Shown here: piece by piece, positions 25,872 through 40,744 of the stretch
Position numbering within the stretch: the stretch's first letter is position 1
Layout: each line of letters starts with the position of its first letter
Position numbers and translations under genes: made by a program
Notes under the pieces: generated by a model
Databases searched by the model: none
Told to the model about the DNA's origin: nothing
Seen by the model: the letters and a program-made list of their open reading frames with translations, nothing else
Source of the DNA: Uloborus diversus
Lineage: Eukaryota
DNA length: 64,000 nt
Assembly (NCBI RefSeq): GCF_026930045.1
Contig: NC_072740.1
Location: forward strand, 29,620,384 to 29,684,383
Direction: 5' to 3'

Positions 25872-26159
25872 AAATCATTTTGGTATTCACTTCATGGGCA
25901 CAGCAAAGGTATCACATCTTGCTGCTTAGATGACTCAGGTGAAATTTTATCGTGTTCTCTTGATGGGACTGTTAATCTGTGGAAAACACCATTTTCTGCT
26001 CCTGGCAATTCTCTCATTCATGCAACAGCTATTACAAGTGTTTTATTTTCTTCTGAATGTGACGTAATTCTGAGTTCTGATACTGAAGGGAACGTAGTTT
26101 TATGGAAAGTGTCTTTATCTTCTAAGGGCTACCATCTCATATATGTTACTAAAAAAACT
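25872..26159 (+). CDS. WD40-repeat gene exon (…LHGHSKGITSCCLDDSGEILSCSLDGTVNLWK…SSDTEGNVVLWKVS…)
   Basis: Acceptor ttttttag|AAA and donor ACT|gtaagt. The 96-codon open frame holds two clear WD repeats (GH…DG.V.LW; D.EGNVVLW). Confidence 0.7.
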
Positions 26160-26469
26160 GTAAGTTATTAAAATATAACTTATGTTTGGATTTTCAAAAA
26201 TTTGAATTGGTTAAATTTACTGTTTATAGCACATTTACATGCTGTTTTTTACTTGTATGTGTGATGAAAAAAAAGAGAAAAAAAATTTCGGCCTATTAAG
26301 GAGCTTGGAACCCTCTGAAAAAAAAATATATTTTTTAATTATATGATATTTACTTGCCTCTTGTACTTACTCATTCCTACATTATTAAAGATTATTAGAG
26401 AACAAAACAATTTTCACATGAAAAACAAAAAATATTCAATGCAACATTTTGTAATAAGATTTTATTTTT

Positions 26470-26478
<9 letters not shown>

Positions 26479-26504
<26 letters not shown>

Positions 26505-26512
26505 TGCCCTTT
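26479..26512. repeat. poly(A)~33 homopolymer
   Basis: Direct reading. Confidence 0.9.
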
Positions 26513-27606
26513 TCCTTCAAAAAGGAAAAAGTAAATCACAGTCAGTTCTGGTATGGAAAAACTATTACCTCTGAACCCAGTTGGGAAAGATTTTAAGTGA
26601 TGGAAGATTTTTTTTTCTTGCTTTAAGGAAAAGTGGTTGTAATTAGAGGGAAGCTGTTTCAAGGTAGTCATTTAATAGAAGGTAGATTAGTACCGTGAAA
26701 TTCCGTTACAACCAACTTCAAGGGACCGCAAATTCTGTTGGTTGTAACGAGAATTTCATTGTAATGGAATTCAAATAATGTAATGTCAGTTAAATCAGGA
26801 CCGAAAATGTATTTCTTTGAAACGGAAATTTCGTTGTATTGGTATTCGTTGTAACAGAATTTCAAGTCATGTGGAGATCGTTTGGAGAGGTGGTTTCTTA
26901 ACCCTTTCTAAGTCATCCTTGCATTTCACAAGTTCAGCGTACTTGTACCAGAGAAGTTGGCATCACATACATGTGAGTATGAGAAAAATTTCAGTCTTTA
27001 AAATGAAATTACTGTTTCTGGCATGTTCCCTTTCAATTTTTGTAGTTGTGCTTCTCGCCTTGATTCAGAACTGAAATCATTTTGTACAATTTATTGTTTT
27101 GCCAGTTTTCAAAACATTTCTATACAGATTTTTTTTTTAAATTTAAAACTTAGGTGAATTGCAGGTAAAAATGCTGGTCAGTGGAAAGCAAGATTTTGCT
27201 TACTTGACCATTCTAAAAGCAACAAAAAACTCCTGAATATAAAAAATACTTTCAATCAAAGAATTTGAATGGAACATAAATTAATTTTCAGGGGGGGAGG
27301 GGAGAGCTTTTTTTTTGAGGTCTGAAATTTGGAGCGAAAAAAAAAACCCATCTGACAAAAAAGGGGTAATCTGGGTGGGGCTGGAGAGGGTTCACTCTAT
27401 TATAAATTAGGACTCTTTTAAAAATCAAAATTTGCAATAAATCTTAACATTAATATTCAACAATAAACATTGCTATTTTGAAGCTGTGCTAATCATGCTC
27501 AATTGCTATCTCATGCATTTGATTTTGTGAGAGATTTTTGTTTTTATGAGAGCTTTCTTTTTGCCGACGTTTAAAGTATTTAATTTTAAATTACTTTTTT
27601 GTCTAG

Positions 27607-27761
27607 TATCCCAGAAGCTACATCAAGTGCATGGCATTGCTTAAAGATAACACTTTTGCTGTTGCATATACTCAATATTGTGATTCCGAAGATAAATATT
27701 TTTTGGACATATTGCAGTATGATTCTGTTGTTTCACTGGAGAATATGTCATATAGTTTGCA
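27607..27761 (+). CDS. WD40-repeat gene exon (YPRSYIKCMALLKDNTFAVAYTQYCDSEDKYFLDILQYDSVVSLENMSYSL-)
   Basis: Acceptor tttttgtctag|TAT and donor TTGCA|gtaagt. It ends in phase 2. Confidence 0.55.
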
Positions 27762-30462
27762 GTAAGTATGCATTTCTTAATAGGCTTAATATTTTTTCTT
27801 CTAAACATTCCACATTTTTGATTCAAACAGTTTATTTTTTTCATTTTACATTTCTATGTTATTTTTTTTATTTAGTAGTTATTTATTGTATATTCATATT
27901 TTTCATCTACTTGGTCAAAGGTGCCCAAAGTAGGTGCCACTGTTCCCTTAGTGGCATAGGGAGGGGTTAGTGATGCCGCAAAGTATGACCGGTATCAATA
28001 TACTAGTATATATACAAATGAGATAGACAAGCGTGCTGTGAAAAATTGCATTTTTTCAAAAGGTGCCGCAAATTGGAAAAGTTTAGGAATCCCTGTTTAG
28101 ATTTTAAACTTCAGTGTTTTCCTATTTATTTTAGCTAGTTATCTAAAAGCTATAATCTTTTAATTGAGGGGGAAAAAAACATGCTTAAGATTATATTCAG
28201 TGAATTACCGCCCATGCCTTGCCTTCAATCTTCAAGTTGAACCGACCCATTGCTTCGGTCACTCGTCTGGTCTGCTAATTCTATATTAGTTACCAGTTTG
28301 TTTGGCACTCTTGGCTTCCTTAAGAGGTTTTCTATCTCCAGCTCAGTCACTTTCCTATGACGGGCTGATGAGTGCTAATAAGCACGAAACTGCAGTCCTC
28401 GGCTGGAAATGACTGAGCTGGTAGTGTATTTCATGCTTAAGATTGTTAAAATTAAATTTTGCCTTTTTACAATATTGTAATACAAGCCTTGTTGGATTTC
28501 CACTCAATTGGAAGATTTATGGATTTTAAAATTTTACTCAAAAATGTTTGCTGCTTTTCTTATGTTGAATTTCTCCTTCTCTAGTTATAAATGCACAAAC
28601 TGATACAATCAGACAATCTCTAGGTATCTTATTACATTCCTTCTTCTCTACAGCTTTCACTTTTCAAACATGAACTTAAATTTAGAAGAGCTAGAATGAA
28701 GAACTTTGTTCATCACCATTTGCAGTGTTTTTCAATTTGTATGGTGGAATTATATTAACAAGTTTTTCCCCAGCTGTTTACTGTTCAATATATTGGCAAC
28801 TTCACTTTGAAATTCATTTAATTTTATCACATGCTTTTTCTTGAAGTTTCCTGGCCATGCGTTTGAAGTATGAAAATTTTTCCTAAGTCTTCCCAACATT
28901 TATCAAGCTGGAGCCTTTACCATAAATTCTAAAGTGAGAAACATTTGCAACATGGCTTTGAGCGATAGTTTCATTCTCTGCTCCATTTCTACTTTTGCTA
29001 ATTTTTCTCTTCAAATCTCCATTTTATTCAAATTATTCTTTATTTTCATCTTTTATTAAATTTGCATTTTTCCAACTATCATGTTTTTGGTTTGATATCC
29101 CATATTGTAAAATGTTTATGCATGGCACATTGCTTTATCTCAACCTCTCTTTATGTATCTTTTTTAAGTAACTAAAAGAAAACTTCCCTTTCACAGAGCA
29201 GTTGATGGGTATGTGGAGGAATGGGTCATTATGCATGACTGTGGATAGAACACAATTTCATATTGTTGTTCTCGCTCATTCATTTTCTGAGTAATAGTTC
29301 CACAAAGAGAGTGTATACAGTAAGAAGTATTTTGGCTCCCTTGCTCTGCACCCTTTCGACCTTCAAATTCAAAGACAAAGAACTGAAAATAATTCACAAC
29401 ATTGTAGTTAAGAAAGCTAGTTCCCTCACAAGACAAATAAGGAAGTATTCCATCTTGACAGGATTTTTAATCTGAAAGTAGCAAATATTCTTTTGTTTCC
29501 AATTTACGCAAATTCTGTTTCAACTCTAAGTTGTAAAACATTAATATTCACTGGGACTATTTTTTTTTTCTGTTGAAGGCTTTTTCCATTTCATAGGGGG
29601 TCTGTCCTAGACTTCACTGTAGCAATAATTAAATATTATTAATATTATTATATAAATGGAAAAATTTTTAAAGTTTTAAGTAAAACAGAATAATCATTTT
29701 ATTATTTTGTAGAATCGGTGTACATGCTAGTTATTGTTGTACATTAATGTAAAAAAAGGGAACAAAAAAAAAAAAAAAAAACTTAGAATAATTTAGTGTT
29801 TTAGGCTCATTGCATTATCACTTGTACATTTTGTACTTGAATTTTATTGATATATAAAGGAACAGTCCAGTCTAAAATTTTCGAGACAAAACTGGGTGTA
29901 ACAGCAGTCAATGGGAATTAGTAAAGATTTATGGGTCAGACTTGTTAATAGTTTTCTTCTCTGTTACTGGATTCCATTCTCAAAGCTATGACTGATTAAC
30001 ATCAATCCTCATTTTTGAAAGGAAATGCTATTCTACATTTATGCTGGGCGTAGTTCATGTCATATGGCAGTGAATATATGCATATTCAGTAGCGTACATG
30101 TCTAACCCCTCTTTGCATGGAGTTAACCCTAAAATAGAGTTTAAAAATATTTCGCTGTTTATGAAAGAAATAGACTTTATTTAGGCTGTCTTTTAATAGG
30201 AATGGTCTTTTAGTTGTTATCCAACTGCAGATGCCCCATCATCCCTCTCTACGAGCCATGTCAATATAAGGACTTATGGCTAAGAAGTGAGAATGGGCAA
30301 AGAAAGGCAATTACACATTACACATTAAATAAGCTGGATTTCAACAAATAGGACTATAGGACTACTAATGATATTGTTAAAAATGAAAAGTGTTGTAGTT
30401 GATATAATGTAAATAACAAAAACTATATGTAAATAACTATATATAATTTTTTTTTTTAAAAG

Positions 30463-30597
30463 CTTGAAAACATCTTATGAACTTCCCAGTGAGACAATGT
30501 GTATGGATTCTTGTAATGAAACAAACACTCTTCTTGCTGGTTTGAAATCAGGAGAGTTAGTCAGCTTAATAAATGATGTGAAAGCTACAGTCAGTGT
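30463..30597 (+). CDS. WD40-repeat gene exon (HLKTSYELPSETMCMDSCNETNTLLAGLKSGELVSLINDVKATVS-)
   Basis: Acceptor tttttttaaaag|CTT and donor GT|gtaagt. Phase 2 in and phase 2 out. An alternative donor 2 nt upstream is possible. Confidence 0.5.
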
Positions 30598-31635
30598 GTA
30601 AGTTTCAAAACATTGTGTTTAATTATTTTCTTTTCTCTGCAAATGTTGTTGTAAGGAAAGTAAATACAGTATACTTGAACAAAATCAAGGAAAGTGAGAT
30701 GCAAATTAACAATGGAAATCACGTAAATGTGTTTCAGAGCTTAACATTTATGTCAGTGCAAAGATGGCTGGAGCTAAATGACGTAAAAACCAGCTTCAAA
30801 TGAAACAAATATATGCATAAGTCTAAAATGTTTTCACAATAAAAAGTGCTTTATTTTATTTATTTATTTTTTTAAAGCTATGAGAAATATATTTAAAATG
30901 CTCAACTGAGTATATATAACTGAAAAAAAATCATAAATAATTGTTAAAATTAAGATAAAAAGGTATAGAAGCAATATCATTATGTAGGGGAAATTCCTAC
31001 AGAGTGTGCTAGGTTTCCCAAAAAACAAGGCTGAATGGAGATGAGCTCTTCTCCTCTCAACAAGCTTATATTTTCTTACTGAAAGATTTAATACACCACT
31101 TGATTAACTGAAATTTATGAGATAAACTGTTTATTAGCCGAGTCACACAAAATAATAAAGCTCTGAAAATGCTCTGGAAAGGACATGAAAATTGAGCTAA
31201 GAGAAAATGCAGAAGGCCATTAGAAATCTTTCTATCCTATGTTATCTCAACAGAATATGTTTTCTTCTTTTTCTTTTCCTGTTTGTATCACTTTTTTTTA
31301 ATATTTATTTTCCTGCTTTAGACTTTTAAAATTTCTTCAGGTGGTTATTTGCATGTGTAACAGCTTTTACATTTTATTTTCTAAATGGTTGCAATTATGT
31401 TTTAATAAAATTGAGAATAGAGGGTTGATTTACTTTTTAGCATTTGATTCTATGAACGAGCGATTAAAATTTTCGACTTTTCATGTATAGCGTTATGATG
31501 GAACTTAGTAGAGTTTTTAGGGAACAGCAAAACAATTTAGATGATTTTATTGCTAACTTTACATCTTTGTTTGCACATTATGTAAATTCATTATTTCAAC
31601 TTGAATAAATCCTCTAATGTGGCCTCTTTTTTTAG

Positions 31636-31753
31636 TTCTACTGACTGGATTTTAGGTGTGTGTATATTTTCACGTAATGAAAGCAAGGATTCTGTATGTG
31701 TATCTCTACTGAAGGGATTGGTGAAATACTTTAGTTTTTCTGATAAGCAATAT
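31636..31753 (+). CDS. WD40-repeat gene exon (VSTDWILGVCIFSRNESKDSVCVSLLKGLVKYFSFSDKQY)
   Basis: Acceptor tttttttag|TTC and donor TAT|gtaagt. It restores phase 0. Confidence 0.55.
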
Positions 31754-34704
31754 GTAAGTAACTTGATAATTTTCTCATTTTACGTTTAAAAAAAACACAT
31801 ATTGAGTTTTTCATACTTCTACTGTAATTTGTCTTCAGTGAAATCTAATTTTTATTTATATATTTTTTAACCTTAAAGTTAATTTTTTTATTGTGTTCAT
31901 TTGTTGTAATTGTTTTGTACACAATGTTAAACAGTGCCAATTTTCAGCTTGCAGTACATGCATTTAGAAGTGTATAATGCTATGATAATCTATTTACAAC
32001 ATGATTTTACAATAATCAAAGCCTCTGCCTGCTTAAGTTATTAAGAGCACTGCTTTCTTTTATGGCAAGGTTTTTTTTCTGTCCAATTGTTAAGATTTTC
32101 ACTGATTGGAAACTATTCAAAGTATATTTTTAGTGAGTTTCTTCTGGGATGAAAAAAAAAATATATATATATACTAAGACTGTTCACATCATGATTACTC
32201 TACTTGTTTGTTTCCTTTTTTATGTTCTGTTTCTAATCATAAGTTTTGTGTTTATGTTCAGATGTCACACTTTCAAATTTGTACATTGTAATGACTTATA
32301 GTGTCTATCAAGTAACATTTACTTTTATGATTCATTTATACGCTTCATAAAACTCATCCATTTTATAACAAAAATTGATAAAATTCAGGACAAAGTTGTG
32401 AAATTTTGTATTTTACAGATTTTTGATGGATGAGCATCAAATTTTGCCTTGTGCTTAGATTGACTTGTAGCCTAGTGCTAACACATTTTGCTTGAAAGTA
32501 GAAGGTCTAAGGTTCTAATTTAAAGGCTTTGGAGTCATTGATTTAGAAAAGAAAGTGATGAGATGGTTGTTGATTAGCACGGTTGGAGTTTTCCATGTTT
32601 TCTTCTATTAATTATGGGTCAGCCACTCTAAAACGTCTTTTCAAGTTTCATTTCATAAATCACATTATATAAATGGCAAGGTAATAGTGACATGTAAGCA
32701 AACATAAATTACTTTTAGCTCTGTTTCAGTTCAGTCAGGGAAACACTGGGCTGGTATCTATCTTTTTTTTTTCAAGCCCCTTTAAGTAAAGGAAAACAAA
32801 AAGAAAAGAAATGGAGCGATGTATTGCAAAAAATAAATAAATAAAAATGTACAAAAATTTAGCCAACAGTAAGCTAACAACTAAGCAAAAGCCCATCTGT
32901 ACAAACAGAAAGTGTTTTATGAGAGCAAAGGCAAAATATCTACCTATTTGTGGCTATACACTAGATTGAAACAGAACAAACAGAACTGTGTACCAAATTG
33001 TTTAAATTGCCTTGTTTATGTAACAAATACCATTTGCTAATTATGAAAAATAATTGCTGTGATATAATTAACATAACTTAGGTAAGTCTTAGTGTGTTTA
33101 ATGATTCAAACTTGAATTCAATTCAGTTTGCGTATAATTTGATGTATGAAAATGTTTAACAATTTGCCTTACCAAAACTCTAATTTCAAAGAATCGGTGA
33201 AATTGAACGTATTAGATTGTCATTCTCTTGCTAAACTGTCAATACTCAATTCATTTTTTTGAATAAGTGTCATGTGTAGTAGGCAACTTAAAGGACAAAA
33301 ATTGATATATTTTCCAGATGCTCTGTCAAAGTTCATTTTCTTTCAATGTTCATATTTTATTAACTACTAGCTGCATTGGCTGACTTTGCACAGTCTACCT
33401 CAAAAATAAAGTGATGCATGTTAAACAATCAGGCTTAAATTAAATTATAAAAAAAGCTGAATTGCCTCTCTAAATAATGACAGTCCCTGTAAATCGCCAT
33501 CAAAATTTGAACATCAGTCCCTAAAAACTCCCATTCGAATAAGGAAGCTTTGTAAATAAAGAAAACTCTCCTCTAAAAGTCCCAATTCCTGTCAGATTGT
33601 GTCGGGTGCTGAGTGAGTTATTTTGATTGCTGCATTGGTTCCTGCTGAGAAAAAACTGAGGGTATGTGAGCCCTGAGACATGTCTTTTTCTCCTGAATAA
33701 ATAAGGAGAAATATAGCTAAAATGGTCATTATAATAAAGGCAACAATCTCAAAATAGCATCAATTGTCCTTGCAAATCCTCATCAGAAAAAGGACAACCC
33801 TCCTTAATGATCCCCGCCAGAGTAAGACCAACAGTCCTTCAATATTCCCTGTAGAATGAGGACCATAGTCTCTCAAACTCTTCATAAGAAGAAGAAAAAC
33901 ACTCCCTAAATTTCCTTATTATGATAAGGACATCACTCGTTAAAGGGCAGAGTTACGGTAGCGTGGTTGCTTGGCACATTAAGCGATGAACTAATGCAGT
34001 TGAAGGATTATTTTGAGTTTTAAAGTTAATGCTAATCTTTTTATGTGTTTTGGCGAATAGTTTTAAATTCCAAAGAGAATCTAATAGGTTTTTGAAAATG
34101 TGTGTTTGCATTTTAGTTAAAGAAAAATGATCATTTCACATCAGAAGGGAAGGAGGGGATCGTGGACTATTTTTATTCAATGGACTTCCTTTAAATTCTT
34201 AGCACGGACATTGCCGTGCGGGTACTGATAATTTTAGATAAAACTGATTGGGGTGACTCAGTCACCCTGTCCAATCTCTTTTTGTCATTGTTGGGTGCAC
34301 GATCTCTCACGGATTAAAAGTCACCAGATTACTTCTTGGTTTTTTGCGACTTTAGGATTAAAAAGAGACAATCTTCTGAAATTTTTAATGATTCCATAAC
34401 TGTGTTAGTTTTTGAATATACACTGATAAATGTGAGATGAAGCACATCATAAGCATGAGCAAGATTACAGAGAATTATTCATAAAGTATCTCCAGAAATT
34501 TAAAACATGTTTGACATCCAAAGCGCTTTGCTTTGTTTGACCATGTAGTGTGTGTTGTGTACATATGTACATACAAAGAATTGTTATTTACGTAAGTGAA
34601 GAGTTTTAAGGATTAATTTTTGAATAATGATTGATACATATTTTATTTTGCTTGTTTTATTTATCTGCTGAATTGGACTTTTTATACTTTGTACTTCATT
34701 ATAG

Positions 34705-34851
34705 AAAAAAGTAATTGATTTGACAGAAGCATCTTCCTTTACGCCTTATGCTTATTCAATTTGTTATGATGGGGCAAAAAGAATTTTAATTGGAGATGCT
34801 TTGGGTTACCTCTGGATTTGTGGAGATTCATCGCTGGAGTCGTCTGCCAAG
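34705..34851 (+). CDS. WD40-repeat gene exon (KKVIDLTEASSFTPYAYSICYDGAKRILIGDALGYLWICGDSSLESSAK)
   Basis: Acceptor cattatag|AAA and donor AAG|gtttac. Phase 0. Confidence 0.55.
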
Positions 34852-36538
34852 GTTTACTACTTTTTATAGATTCATGTTATTTTTATTTCAGATAAAATGA
34901 AAACATTATTTATTTATAAATTTTAACCAAGCATATGATTTTAAATAATTGCTTTATTTGCTTATTTTGTTATTTATTTGTTTTGACATCACCTCAGATT
35001 ACTATCAACTTTGGTTAAAAGTAGAAAGGTCCTAATAATGTCTTTTATGCAAGTAGAAAAAATAAGATAAAGCATTTTTTTTTCATTCTTTTGTGTAGTA
35101 ATATACAGGAGATTCAACACATTAATTCTCTTTTTACATAAAGCATCTAGTCAACGCCATTTTTCAAAGTATTCTTAGCACTTCTTGCATCTGAATGTGA
35201 ACTAAATATTAAGCATTATAATATTTTCTTTCAACTCTCGGGTACTTACGATACACTAATTTTCTTAAAAACACTATGTCCAAAGGAAGAAATCCACCTC
35301 CTATTTCATCAAACTGGAACTCAATGAATACAAATTAGATGTGGGCAATTTTGTTCTTTTTAATGATCGATTCTTTAGAGAATCGGTCATTCTTTTGATC
35401 TGTTCATTTAACTCGTTCGTTTGAACTACATTTTTCATTTTAAAGTTGCTGGTGATCTCTCTGCATGACATACTCATGTATATTCGAAATGTTTCACTAG
35501 ATCAGTCATATTCTTTAAAGGGAAAATAACTAAAATTATCTAAACGTAAGAAAATATGCCTATGAAAAATTAATCAAAAAAAAACTTTATTCGGGTTTAG
35601 ATATATAAAGCAATTATAGTTCATTTTTGAAAGATATTTCTCAGTTGCTGAATAGTAAGACAGGTTTTCCATTCCAAAATTCGCAGGTTCCATTTCAGCA
35701 TGTCAAAAAATTAAGTTATTAATTTCTTTCCAGCTACAGCACTGTATATATACAATATTACCCATGCATAAATAGGCATTCCAGATTTCTGAATTGTTCA
35801 ACCGGGACACCAGAATGTCTCCCCTCCTCCCATCCCCAGCGTCGTGAGTATCAAAAAGAGCTGACATCATCATCTATCAATCATCCCTAGCTGGTTTTTA
35901 GAGTGTAGTTTTCTTTTGGTCCTCACACTCATTGTAACTATTTCAGATGAGCCATAACATGAAAATTAATGTGCCCTTCTTTTATAATACTGCTTAGTTA
36001 ACTCAACAATAGATATTTTCTGGCAGCAATAATGCTTGTGGAAAAGTTTTTAAAAAGTGGGGTTTTTAAGGGTGTACCTGCACAAAATTAAGTTTATATT
36101 ACAGCTTTATCAAATTTAGGTCTGTTTTACATTACAGGGTCCTCCTTCCCTAAATGTTGTCGGGCCATATGCAACCTGCAGGGTACAAGTAGAGAACGGC
36201 CGAGTTAAATAGGGTTTCTTTTGCAAGTTTTTGTTGGTGTTTAACCAAAAATAGTTTCTTGTTTAAACTTTTTTATCCCCATCTTTTTTTTAATCAACCT
36301 ACTTGATTCTCTAGCGTTTTACGAATTGAATAATATTAATATCAGGAGAATCTTTCTAAATATTTGCAATTCTAAGTTTGATTCTTCTTCTCCAAATGTA
36401 TATCATCTTAATTCCGTTAAAATTACTTTATAGCATTATTTTTAAAGCTCTTTCCTCTTCTCTCTCAATGCATGCAAAGATCTTGTCAGTTAGTAAGTCC
36501 TTGATTTTAAATAATTCATAGTTTTGGTATTTTTCTAG

Positions 36539-36643
36539 ATACATACAGATGCAATCACAGGTGTTTGTGTAGTTGGTGATTATATATTTACCAGCTCTTT
36601 GGACAAGACTGTAAAAGGCTGGCATTCAACTTCACTAGAGCAG
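36539..36643 (+). CDS. WD40-repeat gene exon (IHTDAITGVCVVGDYIFTSSLDKTVKGWHSTSLEQ)
   Basis: Acceptor ttttctag|ATA and donor CAG|gttagt. The sequence contains the classic WD motif SLDKTVKGW. Confidence 0.65.
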
Positions 36644-39600
36644 GTTAGTTTTTGTCATTTAGCGTTTTGGATGACAATAGTTATCTCTATGTTTCTATGA
36701 TTATAGATTGTTCATCATTATTTTTTGAAAATTCAGACTTATTTACTTGCTCTTAATATTGTAGCTTTTTAGTCATACTTTTGTTGTAGTATGACTAAAA
36801 AGTTGTTCTTGACTCAATCAAACTCTAACTTTTCATTTGTTAAGTCTATAGGGTAATGTTCATGTTTTATTATAACTTTTGCTTTATTTCTTGTAATAAA
36901 AAATTAAAAATATATTTAAAATCTCTGCAGTTGAATTGATTTTACTGTGCTTTAATTCAGACATAAAGGTTTAAAAAGCACTAACATTATAATTTTTTGA
37001 GTTAATCAATAACAGTAATAAAAATATTTAAATTATCAAATTAAAAAGTAATTTTTTGCGCTTGTTTTATGTCACAGAATTTCCAATAAAGTTTCTTTGA
37101 AGCAAATCCACCTTTTTGATTAAGATTTATGTATGATTTAAAATTCTAGTTTTGCATGTACGTTATTTTTTCTAACTGTTCAAAAAAAAAAAAAAAAAGA
37201 AGCAAAAAAAATCTTAGGAATGAAAGTAACTTTTAAATATTTCATTCCATTGCTTCTTACATCAACGTAACAACCTATTCACTGGAGCAGCATTTCTTAA
37301 TTTTTATGATCAGTTAACCCTTTTAATTGCTCACTTTTTTTCAATAGTTTGCAATGCTGTAGCCAGGATTCTGTTTATGAGGTTACCCAAGTTTTTACCT
37401 CAAAGAGACTGACACATTAACTGTTTGTCATTAAATCGCTAGTTAAATACACTTCATTATAGATGCTGCTAATTATTGATACCATCGAATTATTAACTCT
37501 TATTCTAAAATACCAATAGATTCCTGTTTGTGATTTGGAATGTTTATAAATGGGATACATAACCTCAGAATTTACGCATGAGTTATATGATTATAATATA
37601 TTTTTAGACAGGAAAAGAAATACTAATGTATTTTATCTACAATAGTGTTAATAAGTCACTTAAATTTATACAGAAAGTTTTTAAACCTTAAAAATGTGTC
37701 CTAGTTTTCAACATTTTTAAAAAAAAAACAAATTGGAGACTTTGATGTGACTGTGTGTGGACTCACACAGAGCAAAATCATTTAGATGCTCTTGACCAGT
37801 ACTGCTCTTTAAATTTAACCTTACTCCTTAAATATTGGAAATGTCCCTTCAATTGCTGTCATAGATACTTGGAGAGTGGCAAGTGTCAAGAGCAGAATAT
37901 TTAAAATTGATGCTAAAAGTCATAATTTTAGGCAGTATTTGGTTGCAGGAAAGTGGGTTTGGGGTGCCCTCAAATTTTTTCTTGGTTGAAGTTATCCACT
38001 TTTTAAGTGGCAAATTTGAAAAGTGTGAAAAGAAAACATGCAAGTCTCATGGAAACCCTGAGCAAGCTCCATCGAACCCTGAAGGTCCATGGAACACAAT
38101 TTAAGAAACCCTGTACTAGAGCAGCATTTCTTAATTTTTTTGACGAGTGGAACCCTTTTTAATGTCCATCGCTTTTGTTTAACCCCTTGTGTTCTTCAGT
38201 ATTATAGTCTGAATGTTGTCATCTGAAAATGGTTTTTCAAGTATAAAAATGAAAATTATTTCATGTAATGTTTATTGTCTTCAAAAAGTAACTTCAAAAA
38301 CATGCACAAAATTTCTTAAAATAATTTTGAACAACTTTTCTCCGCACACACCCCACCACTTAGCTGCAAGCCTTAGATTTCACCGTCAGGGGAAGTCTGC
38401 GTAGCGGGCTCCCCGCATATCTGGGTGTGACGGCATATAGTCGTCAATTTTGAACACCTGGATCAAATTTTAGTGAGATAAGTGGTTCTTATTTTATTAT
38501 TGAAGATATACCTCATTATTGCAACACCTGGTTTTTACGACACTCTGGATGTCACGTCACTTTTTCGAAGTCCCGAACCTATGTCATAAAAGTTTAATGT
38601 TAAGTGACTCCGAATTTTAGGATAGTTGTTTTGGTGCAACTCCAGTTACGATGACACTTTGAGCTGCGCTGACTGGATCAGATTTTTCTTTGCAATTGAA
38701 ATATTTTCAGTAAAATAATGAAAACATCTGGAAAAGTTTATTGTAGGAATTTCTGACTCTGACAAGAGATTTGAAAACGTTTGACCCTTCAAGAATGGCG
38801 GGGGGCGAGTAGATAAGTTCTGAAAACTACAGGTTCCAGGCTTTGACAAGAGGGACAATAGAAAGGAATTCAAAGCAGATGTATTTTAATACTGGAGTAG
38901 GGAAGCAGTAAAAGAGAAAGACCATAGCTACTAAGATATAGGTGGTCACTACAAGCTTCTCCCACAACAGAAAAAGAGATAAGAACTGCTCATTAGATTG
39001 AAAAGGAACACACAACTTTAAAATAGATAAAAGAATTAGAAAGTGTTTTTCCACTTTCAAAAGGGGGGGGGGGGCTTAGCCATCAAAATCATATCGATTT
39101 GTGGACAAAAGTGAAGAGTCCTCGATTGATTTCTTTCTTGCTGATAATTACAAGAAACCCTTTCTTAATTCATTTAAATAATCAACTTTGTAGAAAGGAA
39201 AGCATTAAAAAAATGTGATTCAAAAGTTAAGAAAACTCTTATTAGAAAGTATTTTATAATTGAAAAAAAAAAGGAAAAAATAAGTGAACTATTCTTTTTC
39301 TTCTAATTTTAGTTTTATCCACCAATAATTCAAATTTACATTAGTTAAATCTAATTAAAAAGATCAAAACTATTAATTTCTGTATCAAATCTGTAATTAT
39401 ATTATAAACGAATGTGTATTTATGGACTTTTAAACTACCCCGGTTATGACATTGCTCCAGCTATGACGTCACTTTGTTGACTGTCCAAAAAGTGAAGTGA
39501 TAAAGAAGTTTGACTAGTTAATATTGTACGATGAGAGTTGAATTCCCATGTTAAGCTTAGCAGTCAAATCTCTTACGGAATTTATTTTTGTTATCTTAAA

Positions 39601-40744
39601 AGTGGAGAACCTTGTTTGTCACACTAGTTGCAAATGGTAAAAATGCCAACCTACAGGCAATTGAAAGTATGCGGCTTTCATTAAAATTCCAATCACTGCA
39701 TCAAAATATCTATAACAACATTAATTTAAATTTCTGTTGCAAAGATAAATCATATCAATGCAATATCATATTCTTGCATGGACATAGTGGAATTTGACAG
39801 GCTAAAAATAAGTTTTTTTTTCTTATCTAAAATTCATTTTAATATTTTTCTGCTGCTGGGTTTCTTATTTCTACAAATGGCTCCTTTTGCAATCATAATT
39901 GCAAGAAACATAATTTGAGTTCAAGATGTCAAAATTCAAATGATTGCCAGTGGTTGGTATGCTGTTTTTGTCTTAAGAGAATTGTGTAAGGTAGTAAGGG
40001 TCGGGTATGAATAAAGTTGATTCCGTGGGTCTTGGACCCCACTGTCCATGAGCACAGACATGCTCCTTGTCGCCCTGAGACCAAAGGAAATACCTAGATG
40101 TCACCGCGCAGGAGGAAGGGCATATTCACTGAAGCCTGTGTAGGCCCATGGAGCAGGCAAGTTTGCAGTATAAGCATAGAAAAATAAAATCAAAGGAACA
40201 TCAACTACTGTCAAGTGAAAACAATAAGCAATCGTGATTACCAAAAACTGAGAAAGTATTTCTGAAATCTTTAGTAGAGTTCATCAATTTCTAATCTAAT
40301 TTTAAAACTTTAGTTTGAGAAACTAGTTTGTTTCTTTTAATTTTTATTTTGTAGATTATAAATATTCAGCAAAACAACTTTCTTTCTTTAAAAAAATACA
40401 TTATTGGATGTCGGATATTGGACTTCAGCAAATTTTAGAATGGCGAAATTTTGGCACTGGCTGTAGTTGATACATAAAAAATTGTTTAAAGATTTTGTTA
40501 AATATGAACCGTGTAACTATGTCAACAAAGGTGTAAAAGTCATTAATAAATAGGAAAATACTAATGGTTTTTCGTGAAATTTTATATTGATGTATAACAT
40601 GAGACACAAAAATTAGAAAACTCAGAACGTAAACTGTGCATCTACTATATCCAGTTTCTCCTATATAGTTTATGGCACATGTAATGTTTATGTATGCAAG
40701 AATAAAACAAGAAATTCAACTAAATGAAAAACAACCTTTTTCAG

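Noticed and set aside
27599-27970. 123-aa + ORF overlapping exon 27607-27761
   Set aside because: It is in a different reading frame from the splice-phase-consistent exon. It runs through the intron and encodes a low-complexity Ile/Phe/Leu-rich peptide typical of AT-rich noise.
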